A stretch of DNA of 62,000 bases from Lytechinus pictus (Eukaryota), in contig NC_087246.1 in NCBI RefSeq assembly GCF_037042905.1, positions 1,054,001 to 1,116,000 on the forward strand, read 5' to 3'. Positions 49,401 through 62,000 of the stretch are shown here, piece after piece. How positions within the stretch are numbered: position 1 is the stretch's first letter; every line of letters starts with the position of its first letter. Below the pieces are notes generated by a model. That model was given only the letters and a program-made list of their open reading frames with translations, was not told the DNA's origin and made no database searches. A program made the translations under genes and the position numbers.

Positions 49401-51552
49401 TTCTGTTATCCTACTTGCATCCTTAGACTGCCATTACTTACACCTGCAATTTACCCACATTGTGAGGGTCGGCGTCAGTAAATGTAAAAATTTAATTTAA
49501 ACATTGAACCAGTTGGTGACAGATCTTAAAAAGTGGGTACCTAATGCTCCAGTTCTTCACCATGTTTTTTTTTAAGTGCCAAATTATCTTATTAAAAAGA
49601 ATAAGTGAAGATGTGCTCAACAATCAGCCCCCTTTAGTCAGTTTTATGGTACCCCAATTTCAACACTACTTTATGCTCCCCATAAATTTCTACTTGATTC
49701 ACTACAAATTTGTATTTGGTATGAACAGAAGTAGTGAGATAGCTTTCGTTCAGAAATTATATTCATTTCCCCTGCATTTGATCCTCTGATATCATTGTAG
49801 TTTCTTGATAAGTTATTGAATTGCTTTCTGTGATTACAAAACATTTTTTTTTAAATGATGTGTTCATGATTGATACCACAAAAAGTAAAATTACACGTTT
49901 TGAATAAAATCATCACAAATTAAGATTTGTTGGTGCAAAATGTGAACTTGGGTTTACAGTCATGAATGCTTTTTCTGTTCATTTTATTTTGTGCTTCAAT
50001 GTATATGTGGCAAATAGAGTTTATGTGCCTGTTACTAAATGTAAAGCTTGAGTTACTAACTCAGCTATGATAATTTACATTCTTGCCTATGTTTATTTGT
50101 AATTCCAATTGTAACTTGAATTTGTTTTTATATTACTGATTATTAAGAGTAAGTTTCATCTATCTCTATCATATTCAATTAAGGTTACAGGACTTTCATC
50201 ATGTGGTCTATTATTGAAGTCTGATCTCATTGAATGGTGTTGATTTTAAACAATTTTACTTGAAAAAAGGCAATCAATTTCCTTAAGGCTTATAGTAGAA
50301 AGCAATCGCTTAGATACTCCTGAATATTTTTCATTTAAGTCAAGCCTTTGTAAAATATAGTCAGTGTTTGTATAATGTACTTTATATGACAACTCTGTTC
50401 TATGAAAATGGTTATATTGTCTGAAATTCATTAAATATGCCATGGTTGCATACCACAATGTTATGTTGGAATGAGCAAGTTCAGATGATAGTGCAGTCAA
50501 AGTATCTAATGGTAAATAGGAAGAAAAGAGACCAAGCAGGTATGCTAACTATAAAACTATTGGAACATCAAGGTGTCTTTCATCAGGAAACCTGCAGGTG
50601 TATTTTCATTCATCAAACATTTGGGAATGTAGGAGATGTGCTGTGGAAGACACAGTTTTGACTTTAAGGGACTGAACTTACCAATGTCTTCAAAATTGTG
50701 TGTTCTTTCATTAAATTCTTACTTTGTGAATTATATTTTGAAATGAGAAAATGAAAGTGAGATTTTCAATCATCAATCACTTTAATCACATCGTGACAAC
50801 TTATTTCAGTTTTTATTTTGTTACAGTGACTGATTTTATTTGATTTATTTGAAGCCAGGTATTATTTTGTGTTGATACTTCATTCACTATGTATTATCAG
50901 CTCCCTTTAATTAGTGATTGGTGTATTGACTTAATAAACTTCTTATTGGGATATTTATTGGTAGGCCGGGTTTCAGTTGTTGATGATGGTATGTGATGTA
51001 TATGTAGCGAATTGTGTGCAAAACCAGGTACTGATTCATGGGGTGGGGCCATAGGCCCAGAGGGCATGAACTCTTATTTTACCAACTGCACGAATAGATC
51101 TGTAGCATTAAGTGCCTCTTGTGCCCTTCCTACTCTTGGGATAGATAAACAGCAATTTTGGAGTGATATTTTTTCCTCTTTGCTTGTCAAACTTAATTTC
51201 TTGCTCCCTATCCTTGATCCAGCCTTGTGCACTACAAATATGTTTTTAGAAGTCCAGTTGATGAAATAGCCATTCACAATGCATACAAGGATTTGGAATA
51301 GCATATGAAGTGAAACAGATGCACAGCTAAAAAGGCCAATGTAATTATAATTTGTTGAATTTATATGAATTGTGTTTCTTTTTATTTAGGAAAAAAGAAT
51401 GCATACACATTCATGTATTCAACTATTCATTCTCTTTCTATAATCCTTTCTCCCCCTCTCGAGTCCCCCTTCTACTTCTCTTTTTCTCCCTGACACACAC
51501 ACCTATGCACACACACACACACACACACACACATCTATATTTATTGCATATC

Positions 51553-51715
51553 CAGGGCCCTGTTGCATTATAGTTACCATTATGGTAACATTGCCATCCA
51601 ATGGTAACTTCCATAGTAACTATGATCAACAGCCAATCAGAATCAAGGATTCTATGATTGTTACCATTGCATGGCAAAGTTACCATAATGGTAACTTTTA
51701 TGCAATGGGGCCCTG
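51553..51715. mobile_element. Small palindromic MITE (163 bp), Harbinger-like ends
   Basis: cagggccc(t/c)..ttgcat..agttaccattatggtaac inverted at both ends; central agccaatcagaa. Confidence 0.75.
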
Positions 51716-52387
51716 AGTAACATAATTTTTACCAAAAGCGAAGGTGAATGTCATTGTGATCCATTAAAAGATTTAATTTAATGAAGTTCTGGAAAAATCA
51801 ATTTACATGTATACATTTTGTAAATTTTTTTTCAATAGATTTGGAAATGATATGATCCCTGGCCCATTGACCCTTTGAAGTTTGAATATACCTGAAATTT
51901 GAATGATCATGCAGCTGAAATGCTTATATAGCAAAGAATAAAAAAATATACCAGTATTAATATAGCCAGTATATTTGTATTTCATTCTTTTTGTTGTTGC
52001 TTGTACGAGTTTGCAATAGATATGTTTTGAAAATGACAAAAAAAAAGACGTAATATGATTGTCATCATAAACATTGTTGCTCTATTTTCTGTGTCAAGTT
52101 CACATTTTAAAGTTCATTTTATGTACACATTTTACATCTTTATGCCTAGAATATAGTATCTAAAATACATTTCATAATAGGTTGATATCATTTTACAAAT
52201 ATGACATTAATGCAATGATAAGATTTTGAGAACATTTATATTTTATGAATGATATACTGTAATACTAAGGAGAACCCAAAACACAGGGTTCAGTTTAGAT
52301 TGGATTTAGTTAGTCCTATGTCTATCTTTTACATATTCTAATAAGTAGTCCAAGAGATTTGACATCTATAGTTAAATTCACCTGTAT

Positions 52388-53380
52388 TTAATTTCCTGTA
52401 GAACAAGAAGACCATAATCTGTGGCATTCTTGTTTAGCAGTGGTTCTATATTGTTTGTTTGTCATTAGGAATATAATAGGCTTCCACCAAGTATTAATAA
52501 ATGAGGTCAAAGTGACAAACTGGAATGCTATAACTGAAAAGTGTCCACGCGACATATCCCTGGTAACACGTACTATGATGACCGGTAAAGCTACAAAATT
52601 GGTAGCGAGGATGAGAATAAGAACAGTGCGAACACCTTTCAGATACTGCTTATGGAATGGCCTCTGGTCACCACCAACTCCTCCCTGCGGACCACCGATG
52701 TGTGGCTGTAGCCGCTTTTCAGCATGGATCTTGGTGAAAGTGATCTTCAAAGTTGCCAGCTGGGTACATGTACAGAAGATGGTCATGAGAGCAGGTACAA
52801 AGAATGTGAGAGCAATCCAAATTGTCTTCCCTTTCATGTTCATATCATCAGGGAAACATTCGTTAATCATGGTAGGGTTGTGTTTCCAAGAGACCAGTTG
52901 ACCTATGCTGAAAGCAAAGCAACCTCCGGTTAGGAAGATTAAAGATATCGTTGAAAATAACTTGGTGACAATCCTTTTGTAAAGAAATGGCTTCCATATG
53001 TGAATGAAACGATCCCCACTCCATGTTGTCATATAGGTAATGGAGAGTGTGTTGAAAGCATGCTGAATGATAAAGAGATAGACACATGTATGGCTGTCCT
53101 GACTTCGAATGAGCTTTACAAAGTTAAGGCAGATCATTGCCAAAGCACAGAGCTGATCTGTAACGGCTAATGCCATTGCATATTGCCTCGCTCTGTATTC
53201 AAACCCGCAGTCTTCTCGACGGAGGATGCGGATGTTGATATTGTTTAATATAACGGAAAGGAGTAGATGAATTGTCGGCAGCACATGCAATGTATATTCA
53301 AAACCATTTAGAGAAAACCTGTCACCTTCATCATCGATGGTGTCTTCTAGGTGGAGTGTTCCATTAATACCTTCAGTCAT
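52388..53380 (-). CDS. Single-coding-exon class A (rhodopsin-like) GPCR, about 330 aa, orphan or candidate chemoreceptor
   Basis: Seven hydrophobic segments, N-glycosylation site NGT, TM2 LAVTD, TM3 Cys plus DRF and ICL2 KPFLY, ECL2 Cys, TM5 Pro, TM7 NTWWKPIIF, helix-8 NKQYR. ATG at 53380 follows a minus-strand acceptor (ttttgttttgatcag; exon starts at 53389). Confidence 0.88.
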   Translation of the reverse strand: MTEGINGTLHLEDTIDDEGDRFSLNGFEYTLHVLPTIHLLLSVILNNINIRILRREDCGFEYRARQYAMALAVTDQLCALAMICLNFVKLIRSQDSHTCVYLFIIQHAFNTLSITYMTTWSGDRFIHIWKPFLYKRIVTKLFSTISLIFLTGGCFAFSIGQLVSWKHNPTMINECFPDDMNMKGKTIWIALTFFVPALMTIFCTCTQLATLKITFTKIHAEKRLQPHIGGPQGGVGGDQRPFHKQYLKGVRTVLILILATNFVALPVIIVRVTRDMSRGHFSVIAFQFVTLTSFINTWWKPIIFLMTNKQYRTTAKQECHRLWSSCSTGN

Positions 53381-54491
53381 GATGTGTGACTGATCAAAAC
53401 AAAATAGCAGAGAGCTTACATAACAATATGTTTGCACACAGTAATTGTTAAATAACTTTCTGATTTAGATGGCACCAGCTCAGAAAAGGCACATTTTAAA
53501 TTAGCTCCAATGGACTGATAAAACTACCAGTATGGCAAGCCGCTTATCAAGAAATACTGATAATCATAAACTTTCATTTCAAACAGACCCTCTGGATGAA
53601 TTTGAGTCGATCTTATTGCTTTCAGAATAACAAAATTTTTAATATCCTTTTCATAAAAAAGAGAATGCCAAAGTATACAATTGAAAAAAAATTCAAAACA
53701 GGAATTACTATTGACAGACTGATTATACTTCATATCAAAGTTTTGACATAGTCAAGGGTTGTGTAAATTGAATAGCATTATGTTCTTATCAAGGTTTTGT
53801 TCGAATTTGACAGTGGACCTCCGCAAATTTCCTTTCCGAGCTCTCTGCAAATATGATTGTCTACAGGACATCATTTTCCCTGCCATATTCCTTTTTTTGT
53901 AAAAGATCAGTTTCTGTATCTTTTACACTTAATTCGGTCAAATAATGCACATTCACATTTCATATTCGTTATTGTTCATTTACACAAATTGGATATGAGA
54001 ATGACAGGTGATATATATTAAAGGGATGTGTTTGGTGGGGGGGGGGGGGTAAGAGCGCTTGGTGGCTAGTCGTTAGATTCATTTGATTGAATCTCGGGGA
54101 GGATAAAGAAAGAACTGGGTCAAGTAAGTGGGAGCGACATGTTAATTAAATGTCATTTAGAGATATATGCTTTCAAAAATGCATCCATTAGGCCTGAGAC
54201 AATACATAAAGATACATGTTGGTAGCAATAAAAACACATCATATTGATACATTGTAATTACCAGTCACGTATTTCAGCTGGTCATTTACATAGGGGGGGG
54301 GGGCAATTTTTAGACATGTTTTTTTTTCTCCTCCAAATCACACTTTGTTAAAGTAATATTTTATCAAATCCATATAAGTGATAGCTCCCCATACGAATAC
54401 TGGTGGATTTTTGTGAGGTTGAATGAGGAATTGGTGTATCCCCCTTTCCCCAACAAATAAAATTGAAGAATAATCAAAACCATAGTACCGG

Positions 54492-54710
54492 TAATAATAA
54501 TAGTACTGATAATGATAGTAATAATGATAATAATTGATAACAATAATAGTAATAATAACTAATACTACTACTAATAATAATAATAATAAGAATAATGATT
54601 ATAATTATAATAACAATAATAACAACAATGATAATGATGATATTAATAATAATTACAATAATATTGATGATAATAACGATAATAATACTGATAAGGAAAA
54701 ATTAATAAGA
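54492..54710. repeat. Imperfect (AAT)n microsatellite
   Basis: Direct reading. Confidence 0.9.
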
Positions 54711-54886
54711 AATGCAATATGAAACATAAGCTTGTATATTTTAACATATTAATTGGTATCAAATATTCCTGTCAGATGGTTTTGATTTGGCTATATAAAA
54801 CTATTCATTCTACTTGCAACCCTGTCCTAGGACAATCCTAATTGTCTCCTACCAATTCAGAGATTTTTAAAAAAATTGTTGGAAGT

Positions 54887-54966
54887 GACATTGTAGGATT
54901 CGAACCAAGTCACCTATGCTTCACAATTTGGAGAGTTGATACCAATCCACTAGACCACTTCACTCT
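54887..54966 (-). mobile_element. Remnant tRNA-like SINE head
   Basis: Minus-strand A box TGGTCTAGTGG and B box GGTTCGAATCC; no intact cloverleaf. Confidence 0.5.
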
Positions 54967-56660
54967 GCATTTTTATATTCTTAATAGATGTCGATTTAAT
55001 TTTTTTCTATCGGGGGGGGGGGGAGTTTGGGTGATGAGTAGACCCTCTCTCATAGGTTGTTGTAAGTCTACAATCTCTATGTAACATAGAATTCAATAAA
55101 CAGCTTCTCTATTTAATTCTTTCTCTTCAAAGATTTTTTAAATTTCAAGTGTGATAGGAGAAAAAGTAGTTTTCCATGGATGGGTAATGTATGCGCATCT
55201 CTAAAATGGGTATCAAAATTGCCAAAATCAGAAAATAAGTATATTCTTCAACAATGGTTATGTATAGCGCCGAGTGTGTGCACTGCGGTTGCCCCTCCAT
55301 TATCAGTCAGTATCGATTTAAATTTATTTATGATATACTTTGTAACATATATGTCTATATTGAAATTTGTTCGTAGTACTATAAGTTATTTTCACCTTGT
55401 TATTGATGATTTTGTTTGAAATGTAAACTTTTGCAATTCGGCTTTTGCCGCAAAGAAAGTATTTTTAATAAACCATTTGAATTGAATTATATGAAAAGAA
55501 TATTAAATTCACCCTATCATGAAACAGACTATTAATGAGGCATAATTTAGGAGAGGTACCCTGATGCTACCTTGATTAAGGTCCTTTGTATGAGCATGAT
55601 GTCCACCTCAGTGCCCACCCTGATTGGGAGTAATGAACAAATTTGATGTATTTGTAACTTTGTCTTTTTTTCAAAATGTAGAGATTATTCAGAAAAAGGT
55701 TTCCTTCTCTTCTTGTCTACTAATGTTTATTTCATTAATGCATTCATATGAATAAAAGAGACTCTATAACATCAACGAAATAAAACACAGGCAATGTAGA
55801 TAAAGTTTTTTTTTCCATTTTGGATATGATATATTTCATTGAAAAAATAAGAATGCAATGACAGAAGAGCTTTACATCACTGGAATACATACTTGGCATT
55901 GCAACATACCGGTATATTAGCATAGCTGATAGTCTTAAGCAGACACACCACACAATTCTAATCTAGTCTTTTAAGATATATGTAAAGCATTGAATGTAAG
56001 ATACACTTAAAAATCAAAAGCCTCTCACTAATGTATAATATATTTGATTGTTGTTTCCTCCAGGTGTGTGTGGGTAATGTTTCTATTAGTCTAGTCATCA
56101 ATGGTTTAACAGAGATAGTGAGTAAGAGTAAGCTAAAACAATAAAAGGAAATTAAAGGAATATTCTTACTGTTAAAAAATAATGTACAGAAAAACAATGT
56201 TGCTTTATTTTCTTACTTTATGATTTGAACCCTGTTTTTTTATTTTTGCAGGCAAGTAAGTAGTAATGAAAGTCATAGAATACTGGAGCTCGTATAAAAA
56301 ATCGTAATATTTTTCTCTTTAGTTACTAATACATCCTTACATTTGTTCAGTAACTTTAAGACCATTCATAACCCATACAACACTTAAAGACCGTCTCCAA
56401 TGTAAACGAATACATAAACATTTACACATACTGTAAATCATTGGCCAACATTCATAAGATGACAAGAGGATCCTAATGATACGATTGGTTGTGCACGAAC
56501 ATTTGAACGGTCATTTATTTGGCCTAATTAAGAAATGACTGGTGATGGGCAGTCACAAGTAAAGTATAATGACCAGTCTCCGTTTTGAGATAATAATAAT
56601 TGGATTTATATAGCGCTTTTTCCAGAAAATACAAAGCGCTGTTAGTGGCATAAGACAAGT

Positions 56661-56697
<37 letters not shown>

Positions 56698-57080
56698 TGT
56701 GTTTTAAGATGTTTTTAAAGAGGTCAAGTTAAGAACTGTTTTAGAGAGATGGAGATGATTTTTTCAAACATTGACAACATCTTGTAAAACGAATAATGCA
56801 CATCATTTGCCCTATCATTATATTTGTCCACACTTGTTACCTTGTAACAGTCTAAAATGCCCCCGGCTATGACTCAGCTTTGTTAGAACTGTTCCAAATG
56901 TACCCAATGTGTATAATTCTTACTAATGCCCTGAATGATGTGCATTATCTGTATACTATCTCATTTCTGCCAGCAAAAACTAGAACCTCTATATTATTTT
57001 TAAGAACTTAGAATACAAAATAAATAGAAGAATCAACTATGAAATTAATTTATACTGATTGTTACATAGTTGCATATCAG

Positions 57081-57209
57081 AGGCCCGTAACACAAAGCTT
57101 AGCAATGATCGTAGAACATTTTTCTACGATCGATTCCATTGACTACAATGTACAATCAATCGTATAAATGGAGCGTACGATTAATTGGTAACCTTTGTGT
57201 TACGGGCCC
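57081..57209. mobile_element. Harbinger-like mini-MITE (129 bp)
   Basis: TIR (a/g)ggcccgtaacacaaag; 3-bp TSD CAG (57078-57080 and 57210-57212). Confidence 0.8.
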
Positions 57210-57241
57210 CAGGTGATTCTAATGCTACAACCAATGCATTG

Positions 57242-57540
57242 TTCTGGATTCTTATATCATGCTAATGACACCTGGATTCTTATATCATGCTAATGACACC
57301 TTCTGAATTCTTATATCATGCTAATGACACCTTCTGGATTCTTATATCGTGCTGACACCTGGATTCTTATATCATGCTAATGACACCTTTTGGATTCTTA
57401 TATCATGCTAATGACACCTTCTGAATTCTTATATCATGCTAATGACACCTTCTGGATTCTTATATCATGCCAATGACACCTTTTGGATTCTTATATCATG
57501 CTGACACCTTCTGGATTCTTATATCATGCTAATGACACCT
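57242..57540. repeat. Minisatellite, 31-bp consensus ttctggattcttatatcatgctaatgacacc, about 10 copies
   Basis: Direct reading; some units carry 3-bp deletions. Confidence 0.93.
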
Positions 57541-58186
57541 ATCTATTGCAAATGCACCATAATTGCACATGTAATAAGTATTTGCTCTTTAATAAGACAT
57601 ATTGACAACTTAATTGATAACAAAAGCCTTGACCACATTAAAGGAAGCTATTAAGCAACCAAGTTGGATTTCATTTTGAAAACAGATCAATGAGATTTGA
57701 AGGAAAACAAACATTGCAATCTTGTAAATGACAAAACAATTTTTGGAAATGAAAATCATTTGATCCATAAATGAGACAAAATTATGTGAACTTTTTTATA
57801 AAACAAGTAAAAATCTCCCTTTTTCGTCTTCTGAATCCCAAAACACTATTGAATATCGATAGAAAATATTATAAATTTGATTACATTTTAATGATACAGG
57901 TGCAATAAGAAATGATAATTTTTTAAGATATAATTTCAAATCAATTGTGGCACATCCAAAGCTGGCTTCATAATAATACACATACTACACATCATCACTA
58001 AGAAAAGAAAATAGATATATTGTACAAATTTAAACACATTTTCATGATTAAAGTTGGATTGAACAAAAAAATTGAAAGAAATCTTTTTGGAGTAGTGGGT
58101 AAGGCTATCATTCAACCATACATCAACAGTTATATTCAATAAAAAGGATCAGTAGTACAGAGTTAAGTACTTAACAGTGCATTTAA

Positions 58187-58779
58187 AGGTCAAGTCCATC
58201 TAAATAACAAGTTGATTTGAAAAAAAAAAAATCATTAACACTTAATCTTTTCTAAGCAAAATTGGATGTAATATTAGAGTTATGACACTAATAGTTTGGC
58301 TTTTTTACACAGAACCTTTATATTCACAAAGAAGTTATATGAATGACACGGTGATATGCATATGAGAGTGCCCAATGAGGTCACACACTCCAAATTTCTT
58401 TTATATTTTATCATAGAATATCTATTTTTTTGTAGATTTGACAGGAAGCTCTTAAATAAATCGAAATAGGCTACAAAAATGGCAATTCCACATACTAACA
58501 GAGAAATAAATGCAGATGCTCAATTTTAAGGAGAGATTGCAATGTTTCATATTTCCTCTCATAAAGTACAAATGAAATAATAAGAGGGTGATGCCATTAG
58601 TTCCCTCTTTTGCATGTTATTCATTTTATTCATAAAAGTTTTTTAATGAATTAAATAAACTAGGCTTTAAAATGTCAGGAATTTCTTATTCTACATCCAC
58701 GTTGAAGAAATGTTCAGTTTGCTTGATATTTAATCTACTTATTCAAATCAACTCTTTGGAATGGCCTAGATAGTTCTTT
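58187..58779. mobile_element. Old, diverged copy of the aggtcaagtcca Kolobok-like MITE
   Basis: TTAA-aggtcaagtcca left end, homologous body, degenerate right end before TTAA at 58780. Confidence 0.65.
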
Positions 58780-61754
58780 TTAATGCATGAAGCATCAAAA
58801 GCAACCTTGCTTAGTCTGGTCTGGGAATATATTTATGCGTAGTTGTCAATGAGATAATACTCAATATACTCATTTGCAACTAGGCACCTTGTCATAAGTC
58901 AGTGTCATGTTTTTTTTCTGCAGGAAACCTGCAAGCCGCTTTTAATCCCAATTCTATCATTTCATCGTAGAAAATAACCCCAGGAATGTGGGAAAGCATC
59001 TAAGAAAAGACAAACAGCTGAATCCCTGCTAAAGATGCTGTACAGACTATTGAAAAGGTTCCTTACAAGTGACTTTAAAAAGATATTACACTGAATTCTT
59101 GACAAAACAGTGCCTTGACGTGAATATAATTTGTAGCTGATTAGTTTACAAATCCTAGGATCACAATTCACATTTTGTTACTTGAGCATTGGATCACATT
59201 ATGTGGTTAAAGGCACTCAACCATGTTCTACATAGACCAAAATAAATTAAATAAAGTATAATACTGTTAAAGTCAATACAAAAGTTTCTGATTGATAAAT
59301 GCAATCATACACTCTTAATGAGTAATTCATTTCAATTCATCCTGGTGACTATGAGTAATTAAACAAATATTCATAGTTACGCTTTACATGATTGTCAAAC
59401 CTTTGATATTCTGTAGTACTATGACACATTTGCACAAAACTAGCAATACTGTAATAACCAACTTGTTGAGGAGAGCATACAACTCCAAGAAGACAAATAA
59501 TTTCATAATCCCACAGAGGGCTTATTGCAAAAATCACCATCAATGGTATCACTGTAACATTGAACATCGGCCAATCAAAATCAAGGTTTCTATGGAAGTT
59601 ACAAGTAATTGCAAAATTATATTAATGGTGAAAGCGGGCCCTTTATAAAATATCAACACAATGTCATTAAAATCAATGTACACATTCCTAAATTCATAAC
59701 CAAATATTTTGAACACAGGACATTTTAAAATGTAATACATTTTCATCATTGCAAGGAAATACTTTATTATATTAATAATGTGTATACAAGATACACTACA
59801 ACCATAAAAGCACCAATAATGTCAGTATGAATTCTTAACTATGTCTAAAGTTGATTTTACTTTTTGTCCTATCTTTCCTATATATTTTTGCACTGATTCT
59901 TTATAATTAGTTTAATATATTTCATTTTAATAGATATTGTTCCATCTAAACCAATGAGAAAGCAAGTTATTAATTGCCCCACATCTTAAAAAGTACATAT
60001 GTAATATCTTGTCCAGAATCAGAGGCATTGGTTAATATTGATTTGACTTTTGAAATTCTGGCACAGTAAAAGTCCCAATTGTTGCCTGTGTCTACGATAT
60101 GATGGAAAACTGAAGCCCCAAACAAATTGCACCTTATATCATTATTCGATAATAAAAAAAAGTACAAATAACTGGAAAACCCATTCCAATTTCATTCAAC
60201 AGTATACAATTATACACGGCAAAGAAATTAAATGATTTATTTCATCAAAGATATCTTGAAAGTGACTGCATGATTTTTTGTCCTAAGTGTTTTTTATCTA
60301 TACAAATAATACTTAATGCAACACACATAAAAGTTCAGGAAGTATTTTAACGATACCTTTGTAATATTGACCAACGTCTTAAAGGAATCTTTCTTTACAT
60401 GAGTATTTTGCTTTGAAATATCTGACAAAGGAAATTTGATATTAAAGATCAATATCTATTTTCTTAAACATAAATGACCATGGTTTGTATTGAGTGTAAC
60501 TCATCGATCACAACGTATGGACAAATGATCCATGACAAAGAGTTGTAGAAAGCGGAAAACAGATCACATAATACGACTTCATCAAAATGAATGTGGCATT
60601 AAAGGTGGCAAGCAAATGATATTGCAGATGCATATCAAAACAATCTCACTGTTATGATTGAATACCTCAATGAGTATACTATTGCAACACAGTCTCTAAC
60701 TCCATTCACTAGGGATAACTTCAATTGTTATCATTTTTCATTGGTAATACAGATGCTAGTCATTATTAACAAAAATGTGCCCCTTATACTGAGACCTATT
60801 TTTTACAATTTGATTAAAGCTGATTTTTTTTCCCTTCAACTTTTTAACTTATCAAATTTTGATTCTCTGCACTGATCAATGATCTATCTCTTTATATTCA
60901 ATTATCCTACGGGAGTAAAGGAACTATGACCTATTATTGTCTCATTGTCTTATTTTACTATCAAAGATCTTACCCCCGCCTTTCATTAATATTATCACAC
61001 TTGTATGAATGCATTAACAAGTGAATAAACAAATCTTATTAATTATTCTAAATCATTATCACGTCTCTATTGCCATTAACTGGTATATAAAAGAAGAACA
61101 ACAATAATACTAATAATAAGAATCTATACGATTCTTTTAAAAAATGGCCAAGCCGACAAAGAGAACATTCATTTTGGCAAGTACGGACGGAAAGTTAGCT
61201 AAGTGCAAGAAGGCTATTGGGTATTCACTCACATGAATGTCTTAACCTATTAAAATGCCTGCTGAACTCTTATTCAAATAGACTTTGCACAGGGGCCATT
61301 AAATACTAGTAAACAACTGGTTAAACAATACAAAAACAATTAAAATTCAGCAATCATGCCATTTCTAAGAATGTTCAGGGATTAAGAGGTAATTTGTCAT
61401 GGCTGATATCAACAAGAATATTAACCAGAAATTTCCTCTTTTCCCTCAAGACAGGTCAATTGCTTTATTAAGAATGCCATCGCTTATCCCATCATATCTA
61501 GTTATCTCAGATAGGTTGCAGCCACTTGGCCTATTTGTACAAGGTCTAATCTCAGATCATCTAACACCATCATGGCTAAGCCCATGAGGTATATGATCAA
61601 TTTAAACTAATTACCACCTGTACTTTACAATTACAATTTATACTAATATACATACAGTCTAATTACCAATTTGACTTCTCATCATTCTACACTTTGTTTA
61701 AGTAACATTAAATTCATTACCAGCTCATCTAATCATATATACTAAGAGGTGTCA

Positions 61755-61945
61755 GATCAAGTGGATATTAGACCAAATGAGTTTAGCCTAACTGAAAATT
61801 AGACAGAGGGGTAAAAGGGGGACACTAAGGGGGTATTAGATCAAGTAGATGAAATGGTGATAGATGAACTAGGATTAGACCATGGCAGGAAAACAAAGGC
61901 AAAGGGAAAGTAGACCAAGTGGGTGTAGACCTACTGGCATTAATA
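61755..61945. repeat. Fragment of the tagacc-unit foldback repeat (compare 6226-6642)
   Basis: Recurrent ttagaccaa/tagatgaa/gtagacc units. Confidence 0.5.
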
Positions 61946-62000
61946 GTCTTCTACATTATCAAACAGCAGCACCAATATTTATTAAGAACACTCCATTTTA

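Noticed and set aside
52440..52933. Plus-strand ORFs of 153 aa and 69 aa
   Set aside because: Antisense shadows of the GPCR coding sequence with no recognisable motifs.
53381..53437. N-terminal extension of the GPCR given by the ORF track (349 aa)
   Set aside because: It starts at a non-ATG codon and runs through a polypyrimidine tract and splice acceptor; ATG 53380 is the better start.
57242..57540. CRISPR-like 31-bp repeats
   Set aside because: Head-to-tail units with no spacers; an ordinary minisatellite.
59349..61600. Hydrophobic short minus-strand ORFs as possible GPCR pseudogene relics
   Set aside because: No DRY/LAxxD/NPxxY-type anchors in a consistent order; compatible with random AT-rich sequence.

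Overview
Eukaryotic, AT-rich, repeat-dense animal genomic DNA with spliceosomal introns. The repeat styles and gene content suggest an echinoderm, probably a sea urchin (inference only). Three host genes can be supported. (1) A complete six-coding-exon ketosamine-3-kinase/FN3K-family gene on + (44573-49332, 308 aa), with a 58-bp tandem duplicate of its last codons and stop. (2) A convergent single-coding-exon class A GPCR on - (52388-53380) with several non-canonical motifs. (3) A probable first coding exon of a minus-strand gene at 28852-28966, tentatively a dynamin/EHD-like P-loop GTPase, whose next exon I could not find in the window. Most of the rest is non-autonomous DNA transposons with readable TIRs and TSDs (TTAA Kolobok-like, 8-bp hAT-like, TA mariner/pogo-like, 3-bp Harbinger-like, and a CCC..GGG element carrying a higher-order satellite), a Helentron/HINE-like tandem-core repeat, decayed LINEs (CR1/L2, L1/Tx1) and tRNA-derived SINEs. 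The most unusual items are a minimal type-I hammerhead-ribozyme-like motif in a ~135-bp insertion at ~39.95 kb, two 1.78-kb inverted copies of one hAT-like element, and a deep nested transposon stack at 17-25 kb. No CRISPR array, rRNA or intact tRNA gene was seen.
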